NCBI GenBank assembly: GCA_965277805.1
Contig: OZ255842.1
Span: 4,000,001-4,064,000 of the forward strand
DNA length: 64,000 nt
Direction: 5' to 3'
Source of the DNA: Candidatus Lustribacter sp.
Lineage (GTDB): Bacteria > Vulcanimicrobiota > Vulcanimicrobiia > Vulcanimicrobiales > Vulcanimicrobiaceae
Of this stretch, positions 38,318-47,335 are shown one piece after another (the first letter of the stretch is position 1; the number at the start of each line of letters is the position of its first letter). Under the pieces are notes generated by a model. It did no database searches. It saw only the letters and a list, made by a program, of their open reading frames with translations, and was not told where the DNA came from. The position numbers and the translations under genes are program-made.

Positions 38318-40860
38318 TGCGTTCGCTGCTGGCCGTTGCGATCGCCGGGACGCTGATCGCGGGGATGGTTGCGCCGGCGCAAGCAGTCGCACCGTCGATT
38401 ACGACGAGCGCCGGCCAAGCGCGCGCGCTCGCGATGCTGAACACGCCGTGTCTGCCGACGCCGAAGACCGTAGCGCAAGCCTCCTCACAGGGGGTCGCTG
38501 ACGACGAAGACGACGAGGATCAAGGCGCTTCGCCCGCACCCTCGCCGTCGATCAGCCCGGGTGCACCCTTGCCGCGTCCGGTCATCCCATACGGACCGGG
38601 CGTGCTCGTGCCGCCGCCGCTGCCGACCGCCACACCGCTGAACACGCCGCCGCCGCTTCCGAGTCCCTCGGCCAGCCCGTCGGCCGCGGCGACCGGACCG
38701 ATCTATCTCGTGCCGGCTCCCTCGCCGACCGCCTCACCAACGCCGAAGCCGCCGCCGACGGCCGGACCGATCGTAGCCGGCGTACGCGCGTCACCAACGC
38801 CGTCGCCGGCGCCCTCGCCCGGCGAAACGCTCGGTCCCAACGACTACGCGATCCTCGGCGATACGCTCACCGGTAACCGGACCGCCGGACAGCCGTTCGA
38901 CCTCGATGGTCACGTCAACGTGATCTATCAGGACGGCATCATCGTCGGCGATCACGCGCATTACGACGGCACGCGCTACATCGACATTACCGGCCACACG
39001 TTCATCCAGAACCGCGAGGGTGACTCGACGCTGACGGCCGATTCGATCCGCTTCGACACGACGACACAGCACGCGCTCTTGATCAACGGGCGCGGCGTTA
39101 CGACCCAAGGCGTCGACCACGGCCGCCTGCACTTCAACGCGCAGAACATGGAGACGCGGCCCGACGGCTTCACGCACGGCACGCATGCCTCGATCACGAC
39201 GTGCGAAAATCCGCACGGCGGCTATCACCTCGAAGCGCGGACGCTCGACATCACGCCGGGTGACAAGGCGATCGCGCGCAGCGTCACCGTGTTCCTCGGA
39301 CCGCTCGCGATCTTCTTTCTTCCGCTGATGGTCATTCCGCTGCGGCACGAGCAGATTCCGGGCGTGCGCAAAACGGGCTTCGTCCCGCTGATCGGCTATT
39401 CCGACGCGGAAGGCTTCTACGTCAAAACGCGCATCGGCTTCGGTACGAGCAATCAGTACTACGGCTATTACCGGGTCGAATTCTACACCAAGATCGGCTA
39501 CGGCCTCGGCTACGTGGCATCGTTCCGGCGCAAGGACGGCAAACGGTCGATCGACGTCGACGTCTTCCGGCTGCACAGCAAGATCGACGGCTCCGATCAG
39601 TGGAATGCCGATTTCAAAGACCAGGAAATCATCTCGCCGGCGCTGCGGGGGACGATCAGCTACACCTACCAGGCCGACTACGGGCCGCTGGTCTCGCTGC
39701 CCCCGAACTCCTCGCTCGCGCTCGGCCTGACCAAAACCACCGGCAAGGATACGGAGAATTACAGCTTCTCCAAGCAATCCACCGGCGGACAGAGCACGAC
39801 CGACAACTACGGCATCAGCGACTCCTACGCGTTTTCGCCCAAGCTGAACAACGCGTTCACCTCGTCGTATACCGACAACATCTCGTCGTTCTCCGGCATC
39901 ACCAGCGACAGCAGCACGCTGCACTTCAACGACGACCTGCACTTAACTGGGAACACCGTCGACTACGACCTCACCGTCGACCGTTACGATACGGCGATTC
40001 CGAGCAGCGTCAACAAACTGCCCGAACTGCTCGTGCGGCCGCACGGATCGCTCTTTCCGCACCTGCTCGGCGGTATTCCCAACACCGCTACATTTACGAT
40101 CGGCGAGTACAGCGATCCGATCGCGGCGCTGGCGACCGGTCGCGCCCAAGCGCAATTCAACTTCGGCCCGGCGCTCTATCATCTGCCGATCGGCGACTTC
40201 AGCTCCTCGCTGAACATCACGCAAGACGCCTACGGAACGGGCGACATGAAGGCCCAGGTCGAGCAGATGGACACGCTCACCTCACCGATCGGTAACCACT
40301 TCCAAAACATCCTTAGCTACTCGAACCAGCACGTCAACGGCCTCGGCAACGAACCGTTCACCTTCGATACGATCGGCGGCGCGTACAAGAACCTGCAGGA
40401 AGTGCTGAAGGTGTACAACGGTTCCGTGTACGCGTTCTCGCTGCAGACCGGCACGGCGTTCAACATGCAGGCCCAGCCGGTGGCCTATCAACTGCTGATG
40501 CGGCCGTCACCGCTCTCGTCGCTTTCATTGACCGGTAACTTTACTCCGGGGCCCGGGTTCGGCTTCGACCGCACCAACGTGCAGATCATCACGCCGATCG
40601 GACGCACCGCGGATCTGCAATTCGCGACCTACGTGGATTGGAAGAACCACATGCGCCTCGAGAGCAAGAACATCTACCTGCGCGAGGTGATCGGCGACTG
40701 TTACGAGATCCGGATCTCCTACAACGAAGACCTCAAGGCCGTCGCGGTCACGCTCGACATCCTCGCCTTCCCCTCGCAAGGCCTGAACTTCGGACTCGGC
40801 TCGGGCAACAGCTCCGTCATTCCGCAGTCCTTCGCCACGTCCCAATTCTTCGGCCAGTAA
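38317..40860 (+). CDS. LptD-like outer-membrane assembly protein with Pro-rich N-terminal linker
   Basis: Beta-jellyroll-like region, ITTCENPHGGYHL, GFVPLIGYSDAEGFY, beta-rich C-terminus; context. Confidence 0.78.
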   Translation: MRSLLAVAIAGTLIAGMVAPAQAVAPSITTSAGQARALAMLNTPCLPTPKTVAQASSQGVADDEDDEDQGASPAPSPSISPGAPLPRPVIPYGPGVLVPPPLPTATPLNTPPPLPSPSASPSAAATGPIYLVPAPSPTASPTPKPPPTAGPIVAGVRASPTPSPAPSPGETLGPNDYAILGDTLTGNRTAGQPFDLDGHVNVIYQDGIIVGDHAHYDGTRYIDITGHTFIQNREGDSTLTADSIRFDTTTQHALLINGRGVTTQGVDHGRLHFNAQNMETRPDGFTHGTHASITTCENPHGGYHLEARTLDITPGDKAIARSVTVFLGPLAIFFLPLMVIPLRHEQIPGVRKTGFVPLIGYSDAEGFYVKTRIGFGTSNQYYGYYRVEFYTKIGYGLGYVASFRRKDGKRSIDVDVFRLHSKIDGSDQWNADFKDQEIISPALRGTISYTYQADYGPLVSLPPNSSLALGLTKTTGKDTENYSFSKQSTGGQSTTDNYGISDSYAFSPKLNNAFTSSYTDNISSFSGITSDSSTLHFNDDLHLTGNTVDYDLTVDRYDTAIPSSVNKLPELLVRPHGSLFPHLLGGIPNTATFTIGEYSDPIAALATGRAQAQFNFGPALYHLPIGDFSSSLNITQDAYGTGDMKAQVEQMDTLTSPIGNHFQNILSYSNQHVNGLGNEPFTFDTIGGAYKNLQEVLKVYNGSVYAFSLQTGTAFNMQAQPVAYQLLMRPSPLSSLSLTGNFTPGPGFGFDRTNVQIITPIGRTADLQFATYVDWKNHMRLESKNIYLREVIGDCYEIRISYNEDLKAVAVTLDILAFPSQGLNFGLGSGNSSVIPQSFATSQFFGQ

Positions 40861-40885
40861 GCTCCAAACTGGGTATACGGGCGGC

Positions 40886-41056
40886 ATGAGCACGATGACA
40901 CAGCCCTGCGAATACGAGCTTTGCAACTGTACGGTGACGGGACGCTCCGAGGGCGGTGCGGCCTATTGTTCGGAGATTTGCCGCGAGCGCGACTCGAACG
41001 ACGAAGAAATGGAAACCGGCTGCGAGTGCGGCCACTCGCCGTGCGATGAAGCCTAA
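40886..41056 (+). CDS. Bacterial metallothionein-like protein (56 aa; missing from ORF track)
   Basis: Hand translation MSTMTQPCEYELCNCTVTGRSEGGAAYCSEICRERDSNDEEMETGCECGHSPCDEA. Confidence 0.8.
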   Translation: MSTMTQPCEYELCNCTVTGRSEGGAAYCSEICRERDSNDEEMETGCECGHSPCDEA

Positions 41057-41068
41057 CGTTTCACGCCA

Positions 41069-41797
41069 CTAAGGCTGGTTGATTACTTCGGCGGCGACGA
41101 TCTGCGCGTTTTGGTTGGCGACCTGCGTATAGCCCGGCGCCTTGTTCACCACAACGTCGAACGGCTGGGTCGTATCGACGGTGAACTGGTTGAACGTCGT
41201 GTCGCTGATGCCGCTGAACGCGATGGCGTCGATCGCGTTGTTGCCGGTTGAGTCGGCGGAAAATAAGTTGAGTTCCCAGACCGTTGAGATGCCCGATGCC
41301 AGCGTCGGCGCCGCATTGGGAGCCAGCGTCGGTACCGGAGTCGGGGTCGCGCTTTGCTGCGGCGTGATCAGCGAACGATTGAACGTGAACGTGAACTCGT
41401 TGCCGAGGCCGTTGCTATTGGCATTGAGCGTCCCCAGCTGCGGGTTCACTTGAAGTTGAACCGTGGTAAACCCGCCTGAGCCGATCGGAATGACTTGGAG
41501 CAGGGCGAACGAGGCGCCGCCGACCTGCGTTCCGCCGAAGACGAGGATGAACGAAAAATCGAGAAACGCCGTGTTGAGGCTATTCGCATACGGCGTGTGG
41601 CCGTCGCCGTTCGTGTTGAAGACGACGAGATAGCGCAGGTTGGTGAAATCTAAGGTTCCGGCAACGCGGTAGCGAATGAGCATGTCGCCGGACGGCACTA
41701 GGCCTCCGCTCGAGCCCGCCTTGGGAACCGTGACAATTCGACCGCACGCCGCCGCCGCCATCGACGCGGTAAGTAACGCAAAGCCAGCCCGTCGCAT
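41069..41797 (-). CDS. Hypothetical lipoprotein
   Basis: GGAG RBS; MRRAGFALLTASMAAAAC lipobox; beta-rich body. Confidence 0.75.
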   Translation of the reverse strand: MRRAGFALLTASMAAAACGRIVTVPKAGSSGGLVPSGDMLIRYRVAGTLDFTNLRYLVVFNTNGDGHTPYANSLNTAFLDFSFILVFGGTQVGGASFALLQVIPIGSGGFTTVQLQVNPQLGTLNANSNGLGNEFTFTFNRSLITPQQSATPTPVPTLAPNAAPTLASGISTVWELNLFSADSTGNNAIDAIAFSGISDTTFNQFTVDTTQPFDVVVNKAPGYTQVANQNAQIVAAEVINQP

Positions 41798-43283
41798 TTC
41801 GATCTCGTCTCCTACGGCGCTCGCCGCCGTTGCTACGGCGTTTTGCGCGTTTGCACTTCACCTCGCCTTCCCGCGGACGGGTGCGTGGTGGCTGATTCCG
41901 TTTGCCTTGGCGGTCATGTTCCGCGTTTGGTCTGGGTTGCCGCTGTGGAGCGCCGCCTTGAACGGTTATGTGAGCGGGCTCGTCTTTTTCACGCTGTCGT
42001 TCTCGTGGTTCGGCGAAACCGCCGCCGCGCTGGTCGGCCCGCTCGGCTTCGTGATCGATCTCGGGCCCGCGCTCGGCGAAGCGCTGGCCTTCGCATTTAC
42101 GGCGCTCGTCGCATCGCTTGCGGCGCGTCGTTGCGCGCCGCTGCTGGCGCCGCTCGTGACGGCGGCGGCGTTCACCGCGGCCGAGTGGATGCGCTCGTCG
42201 GGCATCGTCGGCGTGCCGTTCGGCCAGCTCGGATTGCCGCTGATCGATAGCCCGCTGCGGCCGATCGCGGCATTTGCCGGCGGCTACGGCCTCACGTTCG
42301 TCGTTGCCGCGGTGGCCGCGTATTGCGCCGCTGCGGTGACGCAATCGCGCTTACGTCCTGCGGCAGCCGTTGCCGTCGCAGCCGCGGTGTTCGTCACGAT
42401 CGGCGCGTGGTTTGTCTGGCCCGCGCGCGTGCTCGCTACGCCGGCCACGCGCGTCGCCGCAATTCAAGGCAACATCGCGCAGTCGATCAAGGCAACGGAT
42501 TCGGCGCGTTTGCTCGCAGCGCAGCGCTATGCGCAGATGACGGAAGCGGTGGCCGCACAGCATCCGGCGTTCGTCGTGTGGCCCGAAACCGTCATCCTCA
42601 CCGACATGACGCGCGATACCGGCGCGCGCACGGCGTTCGGCGCGCTCGCGAAACGCCTCGGCTTCCCGATCTTCGTCGGCACCGTGACCAGCGACGCGCA
42701 AGGCCGCCTCTACAACACGTCGATGATCTTCGATCGCAGCGGCAACGTCGAAGCGCAGGTCGAGAAACGGCAACTCGTTCCGTTCGCTGAGTTTTTACCG
42801 GCGCCGCAATGGTTGCGCAACATTCCCGCGGTCAACGAAATCGGCAACTTCACCCAAGGCCACGGCCCGCAAATCGACCCCCTCACGCACGCGGGCGTGC
42901 TGATCTGCTGGGAATCGGTGTTCGGCGACATCGCGGTCGAAGCGGCGAACGCGGGCGCAACGTTCTTCGCGGTCGCGACCGACGACGCGTGGTTCGGGAC
43001 CAGCGACGGCCCCGCGCAGCACGCGCAAGCATCGACGCTGCGCGCGGTGGAAACCGGACGCTGGATCGTGCGCGCCGCATCGACCGGCATCAGCGGCATC
43101 ATCGCCCCCGACGGCACGTGGACGCAACGCAGCGAGCTTGCCACGCAGGCCACGATCGTCGGCGACATCGGCGCACCGGTCGACACGTTCTACACGCACA
43201 TCGGACCGCAGCCGATCGGGTTGGGCATGCTCGTCTTCGTCCTCCTCGCGCTCGCCATTCCGCAAAGGCGCAGCGACGCGTGA
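41730..43283 (+). CDS. lnt: Apolipoprotein N-acyltransferase (start uncertain)
   Basis: IQGNI, VVWPET, KRQLVPFAEF, LICWES, TDDAWFG, RAVETGR, TGISG. Confidence 0.93.
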   Translation: MTIRPHAAAAIDAVSNAKPARRISISSPTALAAVATAFCAFALHLAFPRTGAWWLIPFALAVMFRVWSGLPLWSAALNGYVSGLVFFTLSFSWFGETAAALVGPLGFVIDLGPALGEALAFAFTALVASLAARRCAPLLAPLVTAAAFTAAEWMRSSGIVGVPFGQLGLPLIDSPLRPIAAFAGGYGLTFVVAAVAAYCAAAVTQSRLRPAAAVAVAAAVFVTIGAWFVWPARVLATPATRVAAIQGNIAQSIKATDSARLLAAQRYAQMTEAVAAQHPAFVVWPETVILTDMTRDTGARTAFGALAKRLGFPIFVGTVTSDAQGRLYNTSMIFDRSGNVEAQVEKRQLVPFAEFLPAPQWLRNIPAVNEIGNFTQGHGPQIDPLTHAGVLICWESVFGDIAVEAANAGATFFAVATDDAWFGTSDGPAQHAQASTLRAVETGRWIVRAASTGISGIIAPDGTWTQRSELATQATIVGDIGAPVDTFYTHIGPQPIGLGMLVFVLLALAIPQRRSDA

Positions 43284-43816
43284 ATGCATCACGGTGGCGC
43301 ATCATCGCGGCACTCGTCGTGGTTGCCGTGCTGGGTTGGCTCGCGTGGCAAACGGTGCACGCCGGCAGCGACATTCCCTCCCAGAACGGAACGTCGCAAA
43401 CGAAACTCTCCGGCGGCAGCGCGAACGACAAACGCATCGACGGCAAGTCGTGGTCGCTCGATTACGATACCGCCACGCTCTCGCCCGACGGCTCGCTCGC
43501 GGAGATCAGCAACGTGCACGACGGCGTGATCTTGCGCGACGGCAAGCCGTACATGCGGATGACGGCCAAGCACGTATCGGCCAACCTCAGCTTCAACGAC
43601 TTCGTGGTGAGCGGCCCGGTGTCGTTCGTCGAGATCGGCGGCCAGCGCCGTCAGCTCGACACCGACGAAGCTCACTACTCCGGCAACGACCACATCCTGC
43701 ACCTCGACCACACGACGACCATCCGCGCCGGCGGGATGACGTTTCACGTCGCCAAAGCGGTCGTGAACTTCACCACCGGCGATACGAAGCTCGGACGGAT
43801 CACCGGCACGCTCTAG
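43280..43816 (+). CDS. LptC/LptA-like beta-jellyroll protein
   Basis: Single N-terminal TM, all-beta body, GTGA overlap with lnt; Lpt context. Confidence 0.6.
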   Translation: MNASRWRIIAALVVVAVLGWLAWQTVHAGSDIPSQNGTSQTKLSGGSANDKRIDGKSWSLDYDTATLSPDGSLAEISNVHDGVILRDGKPYMRMTAKHVSANLSFNDFVVSGPVSFVEIGGQRRQLDTDEAHYSGNDHILHLDHTTTIRAGGMTFHVAKAVVNFTTGDTKLGRITGTL

Positions 43817-43830
43817 GGAAGAGGGCCGCT

Positions 43831-44367
43831 ATGCGTTTCGTGCGATCGGCCGCCATCGTCGCGGCGCTCTTGTCGTTGTCCGTCTCCGCGCCGGCATTCG
43901 CCGAAGGGGTGCCCGGATTTACGGCCACCGACAAGCCGCTCATCGAACAGCGCGGCTTACCGATGAGCGAACAGGAGGCGATGGAACGCATCACGTTCCA
44001 TCCGTTCGTGCCCACGCCGAACTACGCCGAGGTCGCGCTCTTACCGGCCCTGCACGGCGACGATAAGGAAAACCCCGAGAACCGCGGCATCGGCTACGAG
44101 TACGTTTCGGGCGGCCAGGCGTATATTCTGCGCGAGTGGCCGCTGGCGGGCGCGTCGTTCGATAAGTACCCATCGATCCCACCGACCGGTTCGTGCACGA
44201 CCGGACACTTCACCGAGGGCACGGTCCGGCATATGCGTGCCCTCGCCTGGACCACGAGTACCCTGGGATTCGCACTTCAGCCGGACATTCCGCAGGGCGG
44301 CAACCCGAACTTGACCGAGCTGCGAAAAGAATGGTCGCGGCTGGTCAAGCGCGGCGCCTGCCGCTAA
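43831..44367 (+). CDS. Secreted hypothetical protein
   Basis: MRFVRSAAIVAALL...AFA signal peptide. Confidence 0.7.
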   Translation: MRFVRSAAIVAALLSLSVSAPAFAEGVPGFTATDKPLIEQRGLPMSEQEAMERITFHPFVPTPNYAEVALLPALHGDDKENPENRGIGYEYVSGGQAYILREWPLAGASFDKYPSIPPTGSCTTGHFTEGTVRHMRALAWTTSTLGFALQPDIPQGGNPNLTELRKEWSRLVKRGACR

Positions 44368-44371
44368 GCTG

Positions 44372-44722
44372 CTAGGACTTTTCTTCTTCGGCTGCCTTCG
44401 CGGCAGCCGCGCTCTTCGCGTCGGCGATCAGCTTTTTGACCTTCTGACCGCCCTTGTGACCGATTTGTTCGTAGAAGTCGGGACCGTACTTTTCCTTGAC
44501 GACCTTGCCGCCTTTTTGGCCGATCGCTTCATAGAAGCCGGCGCCGTGGCGCTCACGAGTCGCCTCTCCACCCTTGCGGCCGATCTCTTCATAGAACCCC
44601 GACCCGTAGCGGTTCCGAACGGTGTCGCCACCCTTCTTCCCCGCCTCACGGACGGACATTTCGCCCTCAGGGTTATCGGCTTTCTTGGGCTTTTTCGGCT
44701 TCGGCTGCTCCTCTTCGGGCAT
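44372..44722 (-). CDS. KGG/Em-like general stress protein
   Basis: MSVREAGKKGG and repeated FYExIGxKGG. Confidence 0.88.
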   Translation of the reverse strand: MPEEEQPKPKKPKKADNPEGEMSVREAGKKGGDTVRNRYGSGFYEEIGRKGGEATRERHGAGFYEAIGQKGGKVVKEKYGPDFYEQIGHKGGQKVKKLIADAKSAAAAKAAEEEKS

Positions 44723-44724
44723 AC

Positions 44725-44946
44725 CTATACGTCAGCCGGGGAACGCTTAGGCTTCTGGCCGCCCTTCGCGCCGATCTCCTCATAGAACGTGGGACCGTAC
44801 TTGGACTTGGTTGCCTCTCCGCCCTTACGACCGATCGCTTCGTAGAATTCCGACCCGTATTTCTCTTTCACGCGGTCGCCGCCGCGCTTACCGGCCTCGC
44901 GCACGCTCATCCCGCCGCCGTTGGAGTTGTTGTCAGTTGTAGACAT
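44725..44946 (-). CDS. KGG/Em-like general stress protein
   Basis: MSVREAGKRGG, FYEAIGRKGG, FYEEIGAKGG. Confidence 0.88.
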   Translation of the reverse strand: MSTTDNNSNGGGMSVREAGKRGGDRVKEKYGSEFYEAIGRKGGEATKSKYGPTFYEEIGAKGGQKPKRSPADV

Positions 44947-45006
44947 GATCTGACCTGTATCCCCTCTAAAGCTGTCCTGCGCGGCTCTCGCTAGCGCGGT
45001 CTACCC

Positions 45007-45031
45007 GTACCCGGCGAAGGCTAGGCTAAAC
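45007..45031 (-). promoter_or_regulatory. SigB/SigF-type promoter GTTT-N15-GGGTA upstream of KGG genes
   Basis: Minus strand GTTTAGcctagccttcgccGGGTAC. Confidence 0.62.
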
Positions 45032-45032
45032 G

Positions 45033-46628
45033 CTGTTACACACGATTTTCTCGCATGCCCAGATCATCGACGGACTCGGTACGCCGCCGTTCGTAACCGA
45101 CGTCGCGACATACAAGGGCCGAATTGCCCTAATTGGCGATTGCTCCGGCCGCGACGCTCACGAAACGGTCGATTGCACGGACATGGCGCTCGCGCCGGGC
45201 TTCATTGACGTGCATTCCCATTCCGACGAGTTATGGCTCGTCGACGGCCGCGCATTGGGGAAAATTTCCCAGGGCGTGACCACCGAGATCGGCGGTAATT
45301 GCGGCACGTCCGTTGCACCGCTCCACGGTGAAGCGCGCGCGCGCAAAATGCGCGATGCGCGCACCTATCGCCTCGACGTCGACTGGACGACGTTCGACGA
45401 ATTCTTCGGCGCGGTCGAACGCAGCGGCGTCGCATGCAACGTTGCCTCGCTCGTCGGTCTCGGCACGACGCGCGCGTGTATCAGCGGCGTCAGCGATCGC
45501 CGGCTCGAGCGCGAAGAACTTGAAGCGCAAACGCTGCTCGTGCGCGAAGCCGTGGAGCAGGGCGCGCTCGGCGTGTCGAGCGGGTTGATCTATGAGCCCT
45601 CGCGCTATGCCGATCTCGCCGAGCTCGCGGCGTGCGCCGCCGTCGCGCGCGAAGCCGGCGCCGCGCGCTACGTTTCGCACGTGCGCGACGAAGGCGACGG
45701 TTTGATCGAAGCGATCGACGAAGCGCTGGCGGTCGGCAATGCGGCCGGCGTCGCCGTGCGCTGCTCGCACCACAAAGCGGCCGGCAAGCGAAACTGGGGC
45801 AAGGTGCATCGCACGCTCGCCACGATCGACCACGCGCGCATCCGCGGCGCCGACGTTGCGATCGATGCGTATCCGTACGTGGCGAGCTGGACCGAGCTCG
45901 CGACCATTCTGCCCGATGCGATTCGCCGCGGCGGCGAAGCGGCGACGCTCGAACGCTTGCGCGATCCGGCGATTGCGGCGTCGACCGCGATGCTGCTGCA
46001 GTTCGCGCGCGATCCGTCCACCGGCGGCGATAGCTGGCACGACATCCTCATCACCGATACGGGCTCCGATCGCAACGCCGCGTTCGCGGGGTACCGGCTC
46101 GACGAACTTGCCGCGCATTGGCGCCTCTCGCCGGCGCGAGCCGCGATTCGCCTGTTGGTGGAGGAAGAGCTGCGCGTCGACTGCGCGTTTTTCTCGATGT
46201 CCGAAGACGACGTGGCGGCGGTGTTGACCGCGGATTTCTGCTGCATCGGCAGCGACGCGTCGGCGCGCGCGTTCGAAGGCGCGACGGCGCGCGGCGTGCC
46301 GCACCCGCGCACCTACGGCTGCTTCCCGCGCGTCTTCGGGCGCTTCGTGCGCGGACGCCAACTCTTCTCGGTGGAAGAAGCCGTGCGACGCATGACGTCG
46401 CTGCCGGCGCAACTCTTCGGCATCGCGAACCGCGGCGAAATCAGCGAAGGGGCATGGGCCGACCTCGTCGTGTTCGACCCGCGCCGCATCATCGATCGCG
46501 CAACCTACGAACGCCCGTTCGTGCCGCCCGAGGGACTTCGCGACTGCTTCGTCAACGGAACGGCGGTGTTGCGAAATGGCGGCTACACCGGAGCGCGCCC
46601 CGGACGCGTTTTGCGCGGCGGACGATGA
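45033..46628 (+). CDS. N-acyl-D-amino-acid deacylase (probable CTG start)
   Basis: HTIFSHAQIIDGLG...APGFIDVHSHSD, GNCG, IGSD, HPRTYG, ADLVVFDP. Confidence 0.92.
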   Translation: MLHTIFSHAQIIDGLGTPPFVTDVATYKGRIALIGDCSGRDAHETVDCTDMALAPGFIDVHSHSDELWLVDGRALGKISQGVTTEIGGNCGTSVAPLHGEARARKMRDARTYRLDVDWTTFDEFFGAVERSGVACNVASLVGLGTTRACISGVSDRRLEREELEAQTLLVREAVEQGALGVSSGLIYEPSRYADLAELAACAAVAREAGAARYVSHVRDEGDGLIEAIDEALAVGNAAGVAVRCSHHKAAGKRNWGKVHRTLATIDHARIRGADVAIDAYPYVASWTELATILPDAIRRGGEAATLERLRDPAIAASTAMLLQFARDPSTGGDSWHDILITDTGSDRNAAFAGYRLDELAAHWRLSPARAAIRLLVEEELRVDCAFFSMSEDDVAAVLTADFCCIGSDASARAFEGATARGVPHPRTYGCFPRVFGRFVRGRQLFSVEEAVRRMTSLPAQLFGIANRGEISEGAWADLVVFDPRRIIDRATYERPFVPPEGLRDCFVNGTAVLRNGGYTGARPGRVLRGGR

Positions 46629-47326
46629 ATCGGGCGGATTTTATCGCGGTTACGGCAGCCGCCACCGCCGCACCGGCGCCGGCGCCCCGTCCCACGCGCG
46701 AACCCGCGATCGTTGCGGTCGTGACCCTGCAGCGCGATGCAACCGCACTGCTCGCACCGTTCGTCGTCGCGATCGCGCTGAATAATACGACGGGGAAAAC
46801 GGTCCGGCTCGATTTTCCCACCGCCGATCTCTTTCGCATCGACGTGATCCGCGACGACTCGCCGGTGTGGTCGTCGCTCAGCCAGCACAAGCCGATCCCG
46901 ATCAACCGTCAGCTCGACGTACCCCCCGGCACGACGAAGCTCGCGAGCATGACGATCGACGGCACGACGGATGACCGGCGCTCGTACGCGCCGGGCAAGT
47001 ACATCGTGCGCGTCGCGATGCTCGGCACGTCGTTCGGCATGATCGTCGACAAAGCGATCGAGTTCGCGCAGCCGGTGACGGTCGCCGATGCGCTCAAGGA
47101 AAAGCCCGGCACCGTCGTCACGATCGCGGGCGAGCAGATCTCGTTCGGCGGCAGCGTGTATTTGCGCGACACGACCGGCAGCGTGCACCTCGCGCGCTCG
47201 CTGGGCTTGCATCCGACCGGAACGTTTATCGTTCGCGGTTTTCTGGATGCATCGGGCGACGATCGCATCTTTGACGTCGGGCGCTTCGCGCCGGCCTTCG
47301 ACAACCCGCCACTTCCGTCACCGTAA
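46625..47326 (+). CDS. Secreted protein with BsuPI-like Ig domain and OB-like C-terminus
   Basis: LNNTTGKTVRLDFPT...VWS...PGKYIV pattern. Confidence 0.6.
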   Translation: MNRADFIAVTAAATAAPAPAPRPTREPAIVAVVTLQRDATALLAPFVVAIALNNTTGKTVRLDFPTADLFRIDVIRDDSPVWSSLSQHKPIPINRQLDVPPGTTKLASMTIDGTTDDRRSYAPGKYIVRVAMLGTSFGMIVDKAIEFAQPVTVADALKEKPGTVVTIAGEQISFGGSVYLRDTTGSVHLARSLGLHPTGTFIVRGFLDASGDDRIFDVGRFAPAFDNPPLPSP

Positions 47327-47335
47327 GGAGCCTCG

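Noticed and set aside
38500-38830. Low-complexity CCG/TCG repeats
   Set aside because: Pro/Ser/Thr linker of the LptD-like protein
44440-44900. Regularly spaced DNA repeats, CRISPR-like at first glance
   Set aside because: Degenerate at codon third positions; they encode KGG peptide repeats; no cas genes
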